Of a DNA stretch of 59,501 nt, positions 1 through 9,971 are shown in pieces. Position 1 is the stretch's first letter. Each line of letters starts with the position of its first letter. The translations under genes and the position numbers were made by a program. Location: the IMG/VR virus record IMGVR_UViG_3300025889_000128, positions 1 to 59,501 of that record. The stretch is one strand, 5' to 3'. The notes beneath the pieces were generated by a model. It searched no databases. It had not been told where the DNA came from and worked only from the letters and a program-made list of their open reading frames with translations. Source of the DNA: a virus. Taxonomy: Duplodnaviria; Caudoviricetes.

Positions 1-2460
1 GATTATCCAGAGATATTGTAAGAATAATTGCAGATAGTATTACATTAACTGAATCTGTATTAAGAGTAAGAGCATTAGTAAGAGTATACAATGCTATTGT
101 ATCAATAGATACCTTTAGAGGAACTGCAAGAAACATTGTAAGAATCATATCCGATACTGTAGCATTAGCAGAATCAATCGTAAGAATAAGAGTGTTGGTA
201 AGAGCAATAGTAAACTCAGTATCAATAGTAGAAACAGTATCCAGAGTAAGAATACTATCAAGAGTAATCACAAACTCAATAGTATTAACAGAGTCAGTAT
301 TAAGAGTAAGAGCATTATCAAGAGTGTTATCAGAGATTGTATCTATAACCGAGTCAATCGTAAGAATCAGAACATTGGTAAGAATATTAGCAGATACCGT
401 TTCAATAGACACATTCAGAGGTACAGCAAGAAACATTGTAAGAATTATCAGTGATGTAGTTGGATTAGCAGAATCATTGGTAAGAATAAGAATACTCAAC
501 AGAATTGTTTCAGATATTGTAAATGTAGCAGAATCAGTTCTAAGAGCAAGAATATTGGTAAGAGCAATAATAGACACTATATCCATAGATACATTCAGAG
601 GCACTGCTGGAAACATTGTGAGAGCAATAGTAGATACAGTATCACTTGCTGAATCAGTAATAAGAGTAAGAGCATTAAACAGAATAACAGTAGACATAGT
701 ATCAATAGTAGAAACAGTATCCAGAGTAAGAATACTATCAAGAGTATTATCAGAATCAATACTATCCACAGAATCAATAGTAAGAATAAGAGTACTGAAC
801 AGAATTGTCTCAGATATTGTATCTATCACAGAATCAGTATTAAGAATAAGAACACTTGTAAGAGCAGTTGTAGATTCAGTAGAATTAACAGAATCAGTAT
901 TAAGAATAAGATCATTGATCAGAGTATTAGTAGATACAGTAAGCATTGATACATTCAGAGGAACTGCTAGACAAATAGTTAGAATCATATCTGACAGTAT
1001 CTTATTAGCAGAATCATTAGTAAGAGTTAGAGTTCTGAATAGAATTGTATCTGAAGTTGTATCAATTACAGAATTAACAATAAAGGTATTTACACTAGTT
1101 AAAGTGGTATCTGAAACTGTATCAATCGATACATTCAGAGGTACTGCTAGAGACTTGGTAAGGGTACTATCAGAATTAGTATCTGTAACTGAATCCATAG
1201 TAAGAGTTAGAACAATTACTAGAGTATTATCTGAGATTGTATCTGTAGTTGAATCAGTTGTAAGAGTTAGACTAATCAATAGAATAATATCTGATATTAT
1301 ATCTATTACAGAATCAGCATTTAGAATATTCACACTTATCAGAATTGTATCAGATTCAGTTAACGCATTAGAATCAATCGTAAGAGTTAGAGTATTGAAT
1401 AGAATTGTATCTGAAATTGTGTCAATATCTGAATCAGTTCTAAGAATAAGACCATTGATAAGAATTGTATTAGATACAGTATCTATTGACACATTCAGAG
1501 GAACTGCAAGAAACATTGTTAGAGCAGTATCAGAATCAGTTCAAGCATTAGAATCAATAGTAAGAGTCAGAGCATTGATAAGAATACAAACAGAGATTAC
1601 AGGTATACTAGAGTCAATCGTAAGAGTAAGAGTATTGACAAGAATCGTATCAGATGTTGTATCAATCGTAGAATCAATAGTAAGAATCAGAGTGTTGGTA
1701 AGAGTAATTACAGATACAATATCTATAGACACTTTCAGAGGACTCGCTAGAAATATAATTAGAGTCCTACAAGACTCGATAACATTATCTGAAGCAGTTG
1801 TAAGAGTTAGATTCTTAGCAAGAGTTGTATCTGAGATTGTAGAATTAGTTGAAACTGTATCAAGAGTAAGAGAACTAACAAGAATACTATCAGATGTAGT
1901 ATCAACTGTAGAAACAATCGTAAGAATAAGAACACTGGTAAGAGCAGTTGTAGACACATTAGAAGTATTAGAATCAATAGTAAGAATCAGAACATTGGTA
2001 AGAATTGTATCAGATATAGTAGCAATCGATACATTCAGAGGACTCGCTAGAAATATAATTAGAGTCTCAAGCGACTCTGTATCATTAGTAGAAGCAGTGA
2101 TTAGAGTTAGATTACTCAATAGAATTGTATCTGAAATCGTTGGAATAACTGAATCAATCATAAGAGTAAGAGCAGTTGTTAGAGCAGTATCAGATATAGT
2201 ATCAATAGACACATTCAGAGGACTATCAAGAGATATAGTAAGAATAATTGCAGATACAATACAACTAGTAGAAACTGTTACATTGTTCAGATCAAGACTA
2301 GCGATAGTTTCAGATGTAATAACCATCGCTACATTCAGAGGATTACAAAGAACAATCGTCAGAATTGTAGAAGAATCTATAGCAATAGCATCAGTTGCAT
2401 TATACATAAGAGGAAGAATATTATCAATAATAGAATCAATATTCATAGCAGAAGCATTTA
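1..2460 (+). repeat. Tandem 60-bp/20-aa coding repeat with two unit types (..S[D/E]xVSxxESxxRxRx.. and ..VSIDTFRGxARN..)
   Basis: 60-nt periodicity is directly visible. Exact 49-bp duplicate at 218-266/698-746 and exact 33-bp duplicate at 1734-1766/2034-2066. Confidence 0.95.
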
Positions 2461-2759
2461 TCGTATTGGTAAGATACGGTTTCCACAGAGTATCAAAGAC
2501 TATCGGTACAAATGCAAGAACATTGGTATTAGAATTACACGATGTAAGCAAAGAAATAGAGGAAGTATTAAAGGACAAATCATTGAAATCCTATATAAAC
2601 AGTGCTTTCTTGAAAGTCAATGATACCTCTAAATCAACAGAAGTAGAAGATTCTGATAAAGATGCAGAGGTAAATGATAAGACTAAATCAACAAGCACAA
2701 ATGATAAAACCAAGGACATTAATCTTTATAAGGAAAGAGAGGACATAGAAAAACAATGA
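3..2759 (+). CDS. C-terminal part of giant 20-aa-repeat protein (5'-partial; frame open from base 3)
   Basis: Frame reads LSRDIVRIIADSITLTESVLRVRAL... from base 3, so the ORF-track start at 192 is internal. About 41 tandem 60-bp units are followed by a charged C-terminal tail. The stop overlaps the next ATG (ATGA). Confidence 0.9.
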   Translation, partial: LSRDIVRIIADSITLTESVLRVRALVRVYNAIVSIDTFRGTARNIVRIISDTVALAESIVRIRVLVRAIVNSVSIVETVSRVRILSRVITNSIVLTESVLRVRALSRVLSEIVSITESIVRIRTLVRILADTVSIDTFRGTARNIVRIISDVVGLAESLVRIRILNRIVSDIVNVAESVLRARILVRAIIDTISIDTFRGTAGNIVRAIVDTVSLAESVIRVRALNRITVDIVSIVETVSRVRILSRVLSESILSTESIVRIRVLNRIVSDIVSITESVLRIRTLVRAVVDSVELTESVLRIRSLIRVLVDTVSIDTFRGTARQIVRIISDSILLAESLVRVRVLNRIVSEVVSITELTIKVFTLVKVVSETVSIDTFRGTARDLVRVLSELVSVTESIVRVRTITRVLSEIVSVVESVVRVRLINRIISDIISITESAFRIFTLIRIVSDSVNALESIVRVRVLNRIVSEIVSISESVLRIRPLIRIVLDTVSIDTFRGTARNIVRAVSESVQALESIVRVRALIRIQTEITGILESIVRVRVLTRIVSDVVSIVESIVRIRVLVRVITDTISIDTFRGLARNIIRVLQDSITLSEAVVRVRFLARVVSEIVELVETVSRVRELTRILSDVVSTVETIVRIRTLVRAVVDTLEVLESIVRIRTLVRIVSDIVAIDTFRGLARNIIRVSSDSVSLVEAVIRVRLLNRIVSEIVGITESIIRVRAVVRAVSDIVSIDTFRGLSRDIVRIIADTIQLVETVTLFRSRLAIVSDVITIATFRGLQRTIVRIVEESIAIASVALYIRGRILSIIESIFIAEAFIVLVRYGFHRVSKTIGTNARTLVLELHDVSKEIEEVLKDKSLKSYINSAFLKVNDTSKSTEVEDSDKDAEVNDKTKSTSTNDKTKDINLYKEREDIEKQ

Positions 2760-3109
2760 GTAGTTACATGGTAGGAAATGCAGTAGAATTTCGTGTCAAA
2801 GCAGGTGCTAGATCAGTACTCACTATGACCATTAAAGATGATGATGGCACTGTAAAGAACTTAAATGATGATACTACTTATGCCACTGGTAAATGGAAAG
2901 TATGGAAACCAGATGGAACTCTTATTATTGATGGAAATATTACCTATGATGATAGACCTAACGGAATAGTCTCATATCAATTAACAGATAATGATACAGC
3001 AATATCCAATGCAGGGATATGGGAAAGTGAGATTGAACTTAAAAATTCAAGTGGTCAAATGACAGAACAAACAAAATCATTTAAATTTGTATTAGAGGAA
3101 TCATACTAA
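2756..3109 (+). CDS. BppU N-terminal-like Ig-fold virion protein
   Basis: Pattern KAG..LTMTIKD..G..KNL...KPDGT...G.VSYQLT..DT...G.WESEIEL resembles BppU_N/DUF2479-type adaptor domains. Coupled to the giant ORF. Confidence 0.55.
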   Translation: MSSYMVGNAVEFRVKAGARSVLTMTIKDDDGTVKNLNDDTTYATGKWKVWKPDGTLIIDGNITYDDRPNGIVSYQLTDNDTAISNAGIWESEIELKNSSGQMTEQTKSFKFVLEESY

Positions 3110-3252
3110 TGGGATCTATAAAAATAGCAGTAGGTGGAAAATGTGATGCATGTGGACATCATCAACAAGCACATAGCGATGAGGGCTGTAATGCACCAAA
3201 CAAAGACAATCCAGATGAAATCTGTGGTTGTAATAACAAATCCAACTACTAG
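3109..3252 (+). CDS. 47-aa Cys/His-rich microprotein (not in ORF track)
   Basis: MGSIKIAVGGKCDACGHHQQAHSDEGC...CGC; ATG overlaps the upstream TAA. Confidence 0.7.
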   Translation: MGSIKIAVGGKCDACGHHQQAHSDEGCNAPNKDNPDEICGCNNKSNY

Positions 3253-3953
3253 TTATAATCTCTATCACTGGCTTTAGTAATCCATGTTAATAGACGTTTT
3301 ACCATATTAGCATTTAAAACTCTAGTACCTGCTTTAGCCTGTGCTCTTAATATATCTACTTCACTTAAATGTTCTTTCATTTTACTATAATTACTACTCA
3401 TTATATGATTTGTGTTTGGATCATGTGGTAATCCAAATATACCATGACCAAACTCATGTCTTAATACTTGGTCTAAATCCCATGAAGTACCTTTAGTTCC
3501 ACTGTCAGGTCTATAATGAACTGGATCAATCTTATTCATATCAACTCCATTACCATGATTAGTCCAATAAAATCTAGTATTAATTACACATTGTCCATCA
3601 GTTTTACCACCTAATGGATAATACATATAGGCTAATGTGTTTTGATTAAGTATTTCATCATCTGATTCTGATCTAAATTCTATTCTAATGTCTCCATCTT
3701 TTGGTACTTTTTTAAATGTAATTGGTACAAAAATACTCCATTCCTTTAAAGCAAATTTAACAGCTCTGTCAACTGCTTTATCAGTAATTTCTCCATCTTT
3801 ATTACTAATACTAAAAGTCAATACTCCGTTAGTTGGTTTTAAGAATCCAAAGTTTTTATCACCTGCTATCATGTTTCTACTATCCGTAGTAACAGATGCA
3901 AATTCTGCTTTACCAGTATTCCAAACAACTGCTCTACAAACCATGCTAGGCAT
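3249..3953 (-). CDS. Matrixin/M10-like zinc metalloprotease
   Basis: HEFGHGIFGLPH zinc motif, Met-turn (HIMS), GDIRIEF and TLAYMYYP strands typical of M10. Start moved to 3953 because a TATA (cttatatg, 3982-3975) lies 21 nt upstream. Confidence 0.8.
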   Translation of the reverse strand: MPSMVCRAVVWNTGKAEFASVTTDSRNMIAGDKNFGFLKPTNGVLTFSISNKDGEITDKAVDRAVKFALKEWSIFVPITFKKVPKDGDIRIEFRSESDDEILNQNTLAYMYYPLGGKTDGQCVINTRFYWTNHGNGVDMNKIDPVHYRPDSGTKGTSWDLDQVLRHEFGHGIFGLPHDPNTNHIMSSNYSKMKEHLSEVDILRAQAKAGTRVLNANMVKRLLTWITKASDRDYN

Positions 3954-3986
3954 AACGTTTTTATTAGAGATCATCATATAAGTATT

Positions 3987-4748
3987 ATGTTAAAGTTAGA
4001 AGATATATCAAATGAAGTTTATTTTGCTTTTAGAAAAGCACAGATAGAAGCCATGAAAACTGAGAGACTTGGTGTAATACATGTATCAGATATTATTAAA
4101 CCATGTATGCGTAACGTCATATATAAAAAGACTTTACCTGAAACTGGTATGAATACTGAAGATATGAGATCATTATATTTTGGTCAAGCAATACATTCAG
4201 CATCTATGGTTGCAAAACCAGAGTTCCATGAGATGTTTCTAGCATACGATTATGTTAGAGATGAGGCATTAACAAGGGAAGAATCACTAAAAATACCTGT
4301 AGATGATCCTAGACACTTGGATATTATCTATGGTTCTATTGATGATGTTATGGAAATTAATGGTAAGTATATAATATGTGATAAGAAAACAACTGGTTCT
4401 ATTGCATATTTCAGCAAGGCTACATCTAAACCAAGTGAATCACATGTAGACCAAATCAATAGATATAGAGTATTACTTAAAAAATGCTATGATATTGATG
4501 CAGATTATGGTTGTGTAATATACATATCAAATGCAGTAGACAAAGAAACAAGAGATAAACCATCATGCCTACCATTTAAACTAGCACCAATAGAGGAAAC
4601 ATTAGAAGATATGATAGTAAAATCAAGAGAGATAAAAGACTCGCTTACAAATAAAACCTTACCACCTAGGGTAAAAAACTACCTATGTGATGGGTTCTGT
4701 CCATACGCTACAATGTGTTTCCAAGACGATAGAGAAAAATGGGAATGA
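3987..4748 (+). CDS. Cas4-like PD-(D/E)XK exonuclease (solo, non-CRISPR)
   Basis: IHVSD..PC.R N-terminal Cys; GSIDD...ICDKKT; Q..RY; C-terminal CDGFCPYATMC Fe-S ligands. Confidence 0.8.
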   Translation: MLKLEDISNEVYFAFRKAQIEAMKTERLGVIHVSDIIKPCMRNVIYKKTLPETGMNTEDMRSLYFGQAIHSASMVAKPEFHEMFLAYDYVRDEALTREESLKIPVDDPRHLDIIYGSIDDVMEINGKYIICDKKTTGSIAYFSKATSKPSESHVDQINRYRVLLKKCYDIDADYGCVIYISNAVDKETRDKPSCLPFKLAPIEETLEDMIVKSREIKDSLTNKTLPPRVKNYLCDGFCPYATMCFQDDREKWE

Positions 4749-4852
4749 TATATCCCAGTTGTAAACAAGGTGATCATTTTAAATGCCCTATACAACATGG
4801 TAACTTAGTTAAATGTAGTTGTATATGTCATAAGATAATAGGTGCAGGTTAA
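4745..4852 (+). CDS. 35-aa Cys/His-rich microprotein (not in ORF track)
   Basis: MIYPSCKQGDHFKCPIQHGNLVKCSCICHKIIGAG; overlaps both neighbours (ATGA and TAATG). Confidence 0.65.
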   Translation: MIYPSCKQGDHFKCPIQHGNLVKCSCICHKIIGAG

Positions 4853-5619
4853 TGAAAATATATTTCAACGCCAATAATAAAGCACATTTAGAAGCATTAT
4901 CGGATTGTGGCGTTAGAAATGTTATGTTATCTTTCAGATATTCTTATGCTAATATTACAAAGTTTAGAGACAAGTTTGACAGTATATTTGTAGTAGCAGG
5001 TACAGGAACAGAACCAGATAGATACCATGACCTATTAAAAAAACATAGAGAATACTATGATTATGCTACTCAGTTTGACGTATTCTATAATATGGAAGAG
5101 ACTATGAAATGGTATAAGAAAGAAAGGGAGATGGGTATAGATTGGACACTTCCAGTATTACAAGGTAACTATCTTAATCATTTATCCATGCTTAGACCTA
5201 ACAAAGATGATTACTTATGTCTAGGAGAAATACAAGGTAAACTTGAAACAGAAGATCAGATGAGAAAACTACCACCATTAAAATTTCATGGACTTGCTAA
5301 AGGTAAGTATATTGGTAGAGGTAACAAGTTTGAAAGTATAGATACATCAGCATGGATTTCAGGTGCTATGTCAAAAAAGACAGAAGTATGGAATAATAAT
5401 TCAACTATATCTATGTTATTCGGTGAGAAAGGTAGGGGTATGATACCTATGTTAAGACATAGTTGTGAAGTTCATAAAGAATACTTTGAAAAAATAAAAG
5501 TAAAATCAGAAGATGTTATTAATTCTGAATACTATGCATTGTTAAAAGCACCATTTGCATTATTATTCATGCCAATGTGTAAGTCGATGAACATATACGA
5601 GAAAAACTTTAAGTACTAG
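4852..5619 (+). CDS. TGT/DpdA-like TIM-barrel protein (divergent)
   Basis: MLSFRY, QFDV, LPVLQ, LCLG, KFHGLA and FESIDTSAW follow the motif order of viral tRNA-guanine-transglycosylase-like proteins. The expected DSG motif appears replaced by VAG. Confidence 0.5.
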   Translation: MKIYFNANNKAHLEALSDCGVRNVMLSFRYSYANITKFRDKFDSIFVVAGTGTEPDRYHDLLKKHREYYDYATQFDVFYNMEETMKWYKKEREMGIDWTLPVLQGNYLNHLSMLRPNKDDYLCLGEIQGKLETEDQMRKLPPLKFHGLAKGKYIGRGNKFESIDTSAWISGAMSKKTEVWNNNSTISMLFGEKGRGMIPMLRHSCEVHKEYFEKIKVKSEDVINSEYYALLKAPFALLFMPMCKSMNIYEKNFKY

Positions 5620-5640
5620 TTATATAATAATTGTTATATA

Positions 5641-6195
5641 ATGGTCGAAGACAGTGAAATTTTCAAGATTAAATCTGTAAATGGTAATTTTGTAGCAAGT
5701 GAAGATAAAAGAAAAACAATATCTGCATACAATTCTGCAAAGCATTTTAAAGATGCTAACTTACCTGCTATGTGTGATCAGTGTGTATACCGTAGTATAG
5801 AAGATGGTGGTAATGGTAGATGTCCAAAGTATGAAAAAGGTTCTGTTTGTACTATACGAAAAGATTTTGTTACGTTATTAAATAATTTAGATACTAGAAA
5901 TCCAGAAGATGTTAAAGATATGCTAGACCTTATAGCAAAACTATCTATGGAGAACGTATTAATGGCTTTAACTCAGGCTAAATTTGACGGTAATATACCA
6001 GATAGAAATACAAAATCAGAAATCAATACACTATTGAATGTACTTAAATCTATTAACGATTTAAATAGTAAGATAGTCGTAACTGAGAAAACTGAGTTCG
6101 GTAAAACTGGAGATATATCTAGCATATTCAGGCAAATAAAAGCACAAAAGGCAGTTTCAAATGACACAAGGGAGAACCAAGAACGAACAGATTAA
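5641..6195 (+). CDS. Putative terminase small subunit / Cys-rich protein
   Basis: Overlaps the start of TerL; CxxC...C...C followed by a helical region. Call is positional. Confidence 0.4.
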   Translation: MVEDSEIFKIKSVNGNFVASEDKRKTISAYNSAKHFKDANLPAMCDQCVYRSIEDGGNGRCPKYEKGSVCTIRKDFVTLLNNLDTRNPEDVKDMLDLIAKLSMENVLMALTQAKFDGNIPDRNTKSEINTLLNVLKSINDLNSKIVVTEKTEFGKTGDISSIFRQIKAQKAVSNDTRENQERTD

Positions 6196-7549
6196 GGAAA
6201 GATTAGACTTTGTAAACACTATTGCAGAGTGTGCTCAAACTCCTAGCAAGTTTTCAGAGATATTCCTTGATCATAAAGTATTCGATTACAATAAGAAATA
6301 TGTAGATTGTAAGGATAGATTTATAGTATACAGATCAGGTAGACAGGTAGGAAAAACAACATCAACAGCAGTGAAAGCAATACACTTTGCTTTCTTTGCA
6401 CCTGTAATGTTAGAGACAGTAAAGAATGAATGTACCATAGTAATAGCAGCACCTACACAAAATCAGGCTACTATAATGTTCGATAAGATTAGAGGATTAA
6501 TAATGGATAATGATTTCCTAAAAGGATATGTAGTTAGAAACACACAAACAGCATTATGGGTTTCTTTCCTTGACGGTAATGGTGTTTCAAAAATAATTAC
6601 AAGGGCAACTGGTGAAACTGGTATTGGACTTAGAGGTTATTCTCCTCATGTTATTATTGCTGACGAATGTTCTTTCATTAAGACAGATATTCTAAAGGCT
6701 TTCTTACCATCTGGTATGGCTACTCAAGCAAGAGTGTGGTTAACATCAACTCCATTTAGCAAAGCAGGTTATTTCTATGAAGCATGTATGAACTCTAAGC
6801 CTGCTAACCCTACTGGTTTATGGACTCAGTTTCATGTAAGGTCAACTGATAACCCATTGATTCAACAAGATCCATCTTACATTGAAGAGATTAAAAGATT
6901 AACAAGAGAGGAATATGTACAAGAAGTAGATGGAGAATTTCTGGATATTGGTGATGCGTTATTTCCTAACTCTATACTAATGGAAGCAATAGGTGATTAC
7001 ACTCCAAAAGGTAGAGTCAAATACTATATGGGATTAGACGTAGCAAGAACTGGTAGAGATGAAACAGTATTCACTATAGTAGGCGTAGATGAAAATGATA
7101 ATGTATTTGTTGAAGAAATTGAAAGTGAATCACAATCTAACGTAGTACAAGTAGCAGGTAGAATTAAAGAATACACTGATAAATATAACTTGGAAACAGT
7201 ATATGTAGATGAAACTGGATTAGGTGGGGGATTAATAGATTTGGCTAGGGCTCAAGGATCACCAGTAAGAGGTGTCATGTTTACTCTACAGGAGAAAGCA
7301 AAAATGTATGGTGACTTGAGAATGTTATTTGAGAACCATAGAATAAAGATAAGAGAGATTAATAAGATGATATATCAACTATCTTATCTACGAAGAGAAT
7401 ATACTGAAACAGGTATAATGAAGATTAAATCAGATGAACATGACGATTACCCAGATAGCCTTGCTTTGGCTTGTAGAGCAGTAGCAGGTGGAGATAGTTG
7501 GCATGTATTAGATATGTCTAAAAAACTACAAAAAGCACTATTCGGTTAA
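6161..7549 (+). CDS. terL: Terminase large subunit
   Basis: GRQVGKT Walker A, IIADEC Walker B, TSTP coupling motif, RNase H-like GLDVAR, VDETG and HDDYPDS. Confidence 0.95.
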   Translation: MTQGRTKNEQIKERLDFVNTIAECAQTPSKFSEIFLDHKVFDYNKKYVDCKDRFIVYRSGRQVGKTTSTAVKAIHFAFFAPVMLETVKNECTIVIAAPTQNQATIMFDKIRGLIMDNDFLKGYVVRNTQTALWVSFLDGNGVSKIITRATGETGIGLRGYSPHVIIADECSFIKTDILKAFLPSGMATQARVWLTSTPFSKAGYFYEACMNSKPANPTGLWTQFHVRSTDNPLIQQDPSYIEEIKRLTREEYVQEVDGEFLDIGDALFPNSILMEAIGDYTPKGRVKYYMGLDVARTGRDETVFTIVGVDENDNVFVEEIESESQSNVVQVAGRIKEYTDKYNLETVYVDETGLGGGLIDLARAQGSPVRGVMFTLQEKAKMYGDLRMLFENHRIKIREINKMIYQLSYLRREYTETGIMKIKSDEHDDYPDSLALACRAVAGGDSWHVLDMSKKLQKALFG

Positions 7550-7579
7550 ATTTAAATACAATATAGTGTTTATTTATAT

Positions 7580-7909
7580 ATGCATAAAAAGGACGAAAAG
7601 TCTCAATCTAAAGAAGAAGACTTGGAAGAAATGACAGATGGTGAATTAGAAGAGGTTGAGAAGTTAAAGGCATGGGAAACATGGCTAAAAGAACGTCAAT
7701 CACCCTTATGGAATAGAATAGTTAACAAAGATTTATCAGTAATACCATTAAAATATCAAGAAATATTCAAATATACAACTAATGCAGGTGATGCAAAGTT
7801 CGGAAATCAGCATGAAACTGCCACGCAAGACGATCAATTTGTAGATGATGAACAAATTTATATAGGAAAACCTGCAAAATCAGATAAGGGAAAGAAAAAA
7901 AATGATTAA
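7580..7909 (+). CDS. Hypothetical charged protein
   Basis: Own TATA (tttaaata 7551-7558) 21 nt before the ATG. Confidence 0.7.
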   Translation: MHKKDEKSQSKEEDLEEMTDGELEEVEKLKAWETWLKERQSPLWNRIVNKDLSVIPLKYQEIFKYTTNAGDAKFGNQHETATQDDQFVDDEQIYIGKPAKSDKGKKKND

Positions 7910-8480
7910 CGGTAACACACTAAACAAACTGCAACACACAAAGGTAGGAGATAATATAGACTACTTTGTTAACGGTGTTCAGAAGAGTGGTACTGTAGTT
8001 AAAATGAACGGTTCTTATATTACAATAGTTAAAGATGCTAAATACGATACTGTCCTAGTTGACGATACATTCTTTGTAAAAGATATTATCGCCAAAAGTA
8101 AATCATGGAATGATATGTCTATGGAAGAAAGAGCAGAAGTATTGTATACAGTTAAAGCATACTCTCCAAGATACTTACAAAAGACTTGGGAACAACTGCC
8201 AAAAGAATTACAAAGTGTAATTAAATCAGGTGTAGAGCAAGGTGCTTATGGCAGTATAGGTGGAAGACCATTCATGGGTGTATCTACTCAATTTAATATT
8301 GATGCTGATAAAGACTATGAGGGTGCAACACATGTTGACTTTAAAGAACAATTTAAACATGAAGAAAAGAAACCAGAAGTAAGCCATGAGGGACATGATA
8401 CTAAAAAAAATGACGGTGCTAGTATGACTAGTGATGGTGTAAACGCAGTATACAGTGAGAAGAAGAGAAAACATGAGTGA
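7902..8480 (+). CDS. Hypothetical protein
   Basis: 192-aa ORF coupled to both neighbours. Confidence 0.75.
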   Translation: MINGNTLNKLQHTKVGDNIDYFVNGVQKSGTVVKMNGSYITIVKDAKYDTVLVDDTFFVKDIIAKSKSWNDMSMEERAEVLYTVKAYSPRYLQKTWEQLPKELQSVIKSGVEQGAYGSIGGRPFMGVSTQFNIDADKDYEGATHVDFKEQFKHEEKKPEVSHEGHDTKKNDGASMTSDGVNAVYSEKKRKHE

Positions 8481-9792
8481 CGTACCTGAAACAAAAACAA
8501 GTTCTTTTGGTATAAAATATCTAACTAAATCAGAATCATTAGAACTATTACAAAAATTATCATTAGCAGAACAACAAGCTAAAATGAGAAGAGAAGATGC
8601 AGCAGCATCAAGAAAAGAGAGAGAAGCAAAAGGATCAAAACCAAAACCAATATCTGAAACTGCATCTAAAAAAATTGATGAGGGATTAAACAAACCAAAA
8701 CCAGAAACAACAAGAGGTAAATTAACACGTGATAGTAAATTCTTTGATGATAAAGGAAAAGAAATAACACAAGACCAATACAATGCAATTCATCATGGTG
8801 GAACAAGTACAGTAACAAGTCATGTTGATGCAAAAACTCATGGACAAACTCAAAGACCTAAAGGAAAAAAATTCCTTGCTAATCAACCAGATACAGAAAA
8901 GAAAGATGATAAACCAAAAACTAATGCAGCAACAAATTATGGACTTAGTAACAGAGGAAAACCTGCAATCGGTAGTACACATGAATGGGCTTCAACTCAA
9001 ACTATAAATCCTAAAGGTGAACTTGATGATGTACCAATTAAAATTGATAGTAAATATCCTAAACCACCAAAAACATCTGAGCTTAATCAAGATAAAATAA
9101 CAGCAGCACTATCAGGTCAAAGAGGTGGTTCAAGAAGAGGTGCAGGTAGAAAAGTTGGTTCTAAAGGTAAAACAAAAGAAATCAGTGAGAAGAAAGCATC
9201 ATTAGAAGAAACAGTATTTTATAATAACTTAATCATTAAAGGTATTGATCCAATCACTGCCAAGTTAAAATCGATTAATTTTTTTTTAGTTGATAAAATA
9301 GTAACTCAATCTGAATATCTTACATCAAGACCACAACAATATAGGTATGATGAAGCAGGTAACAAATTTGAAACTGAAGAACATAAACAATGGAAAGCAA
9401 CTGGTAAATACAAAAATCCACATTTTAAAAATATTCCAAGTATAGAAGAAACAAAAGGACAGGGAAAAGGTGCTGAGAAAGAAACCGATTCATCACATGC
9501 AGGTGCAGGTTTTAAAGAGAAACTCGAAAACACAATGAACATGATACGCAATAATCCAGATTTAAATCAAGCTGAAGTCGCATCAAAAATGGGAGAAAGT
9601 GCACAGAAAGAAGTTGAAACTAAAAGACCTGATAATGTATTCAGTAGAACAAAACTCAAAGATCCAAATGCAAAAAACGTAACTCAAAAGAAAGAAAATA
9701 AATTTGATATTAATGTTAAAGTTCCAACTAATGCAAGTGGTATCAAAGATAGAAGATTCCATGGTAGTAAAGGTTCAAGTCCAACATCTTAA
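8473..9792 (+). CDS. Lys-rich low-complexity protein (possible internal virion protein)
   Basis: Long hydrophilic ORF with an RGGSRRGAGRK basic motif. Start at MSDVPE overlaps the upstream stop. Confidence 0.7.
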   Translation: MSDVPETKTSSFGIKYLTKSESLELLQKLSLAEQQAKMRREDAAASRKEREAKGSKPKPISETASKKIDEGLNKPKPETTRGKLTRDSKFFDDKGKEITQDQYNAIHHGGTSTVTSHVDAKTHGQTQRPKGKKFLANQPDTEKKDDKPKTNAATNYGLSNRGKPAIGSTHEWASTQTINPKGELDDVPIKIDSKYPKPPKTSELNQDKITAALSGQRGGSRRGAGRKVGSKGKTKEISEKKASLEETVFYNNLIIKGIDPITAKLKSINFFLVDKIVTQSEYLTSRPQQYRYDEAGNKFETEEHKQWKATGKYKNPHFKNIPSIEETKGQGKGAEKETDSSHAGAGFKEKLENTMNMIRNNPDLNQAEVASKMGESAQKEVETKRPDNVFSRTKLKDPNAKNVTQKKENKFDINVKVPTNASGIKDRRFHGSKGSSPTS

Positions 9793-9824
9793 ACCTTTAT
9801 TAAATAGATACATTTAAATACTTC

Positions 9825-9953
9825 ATGAGAAAAGACGATACGTTTTTCTGTGTAGAATGTGGAGCTCAACTACCTTGGAGATATAAGGGTAGACAGAAAA
9901 TATATTGTTCTCAAGGTTGTAGAAAATCATATACTAAAAAGAATAAATGTTAG
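9825..9953 (+). CDS. 42-aa TRASH-like zinc-finger microprotein (not in ORF track)
   Basis: CVECG...YCSQGCR. Confidence 0.7.
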   Translation: MRKDDTFFCVECGAQLPWRYKGRQKIYCSQGCRKSYTKKNKC

Positions 9954-9971
9954 TATGTAAAACTTCACATA

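Noticed and set aside
1541-2578. 345-aa minus-strand ORF (also 595-777)
   Set aside because: Antisense shadow of the repeat gene caused by its codon bias.
3987-4748. CRISPR-Cas system based on Cas4
   Set aside because: Solo Cas4-like nucleases are common in archaeal viruses; no cas1/cas2 or array is present.
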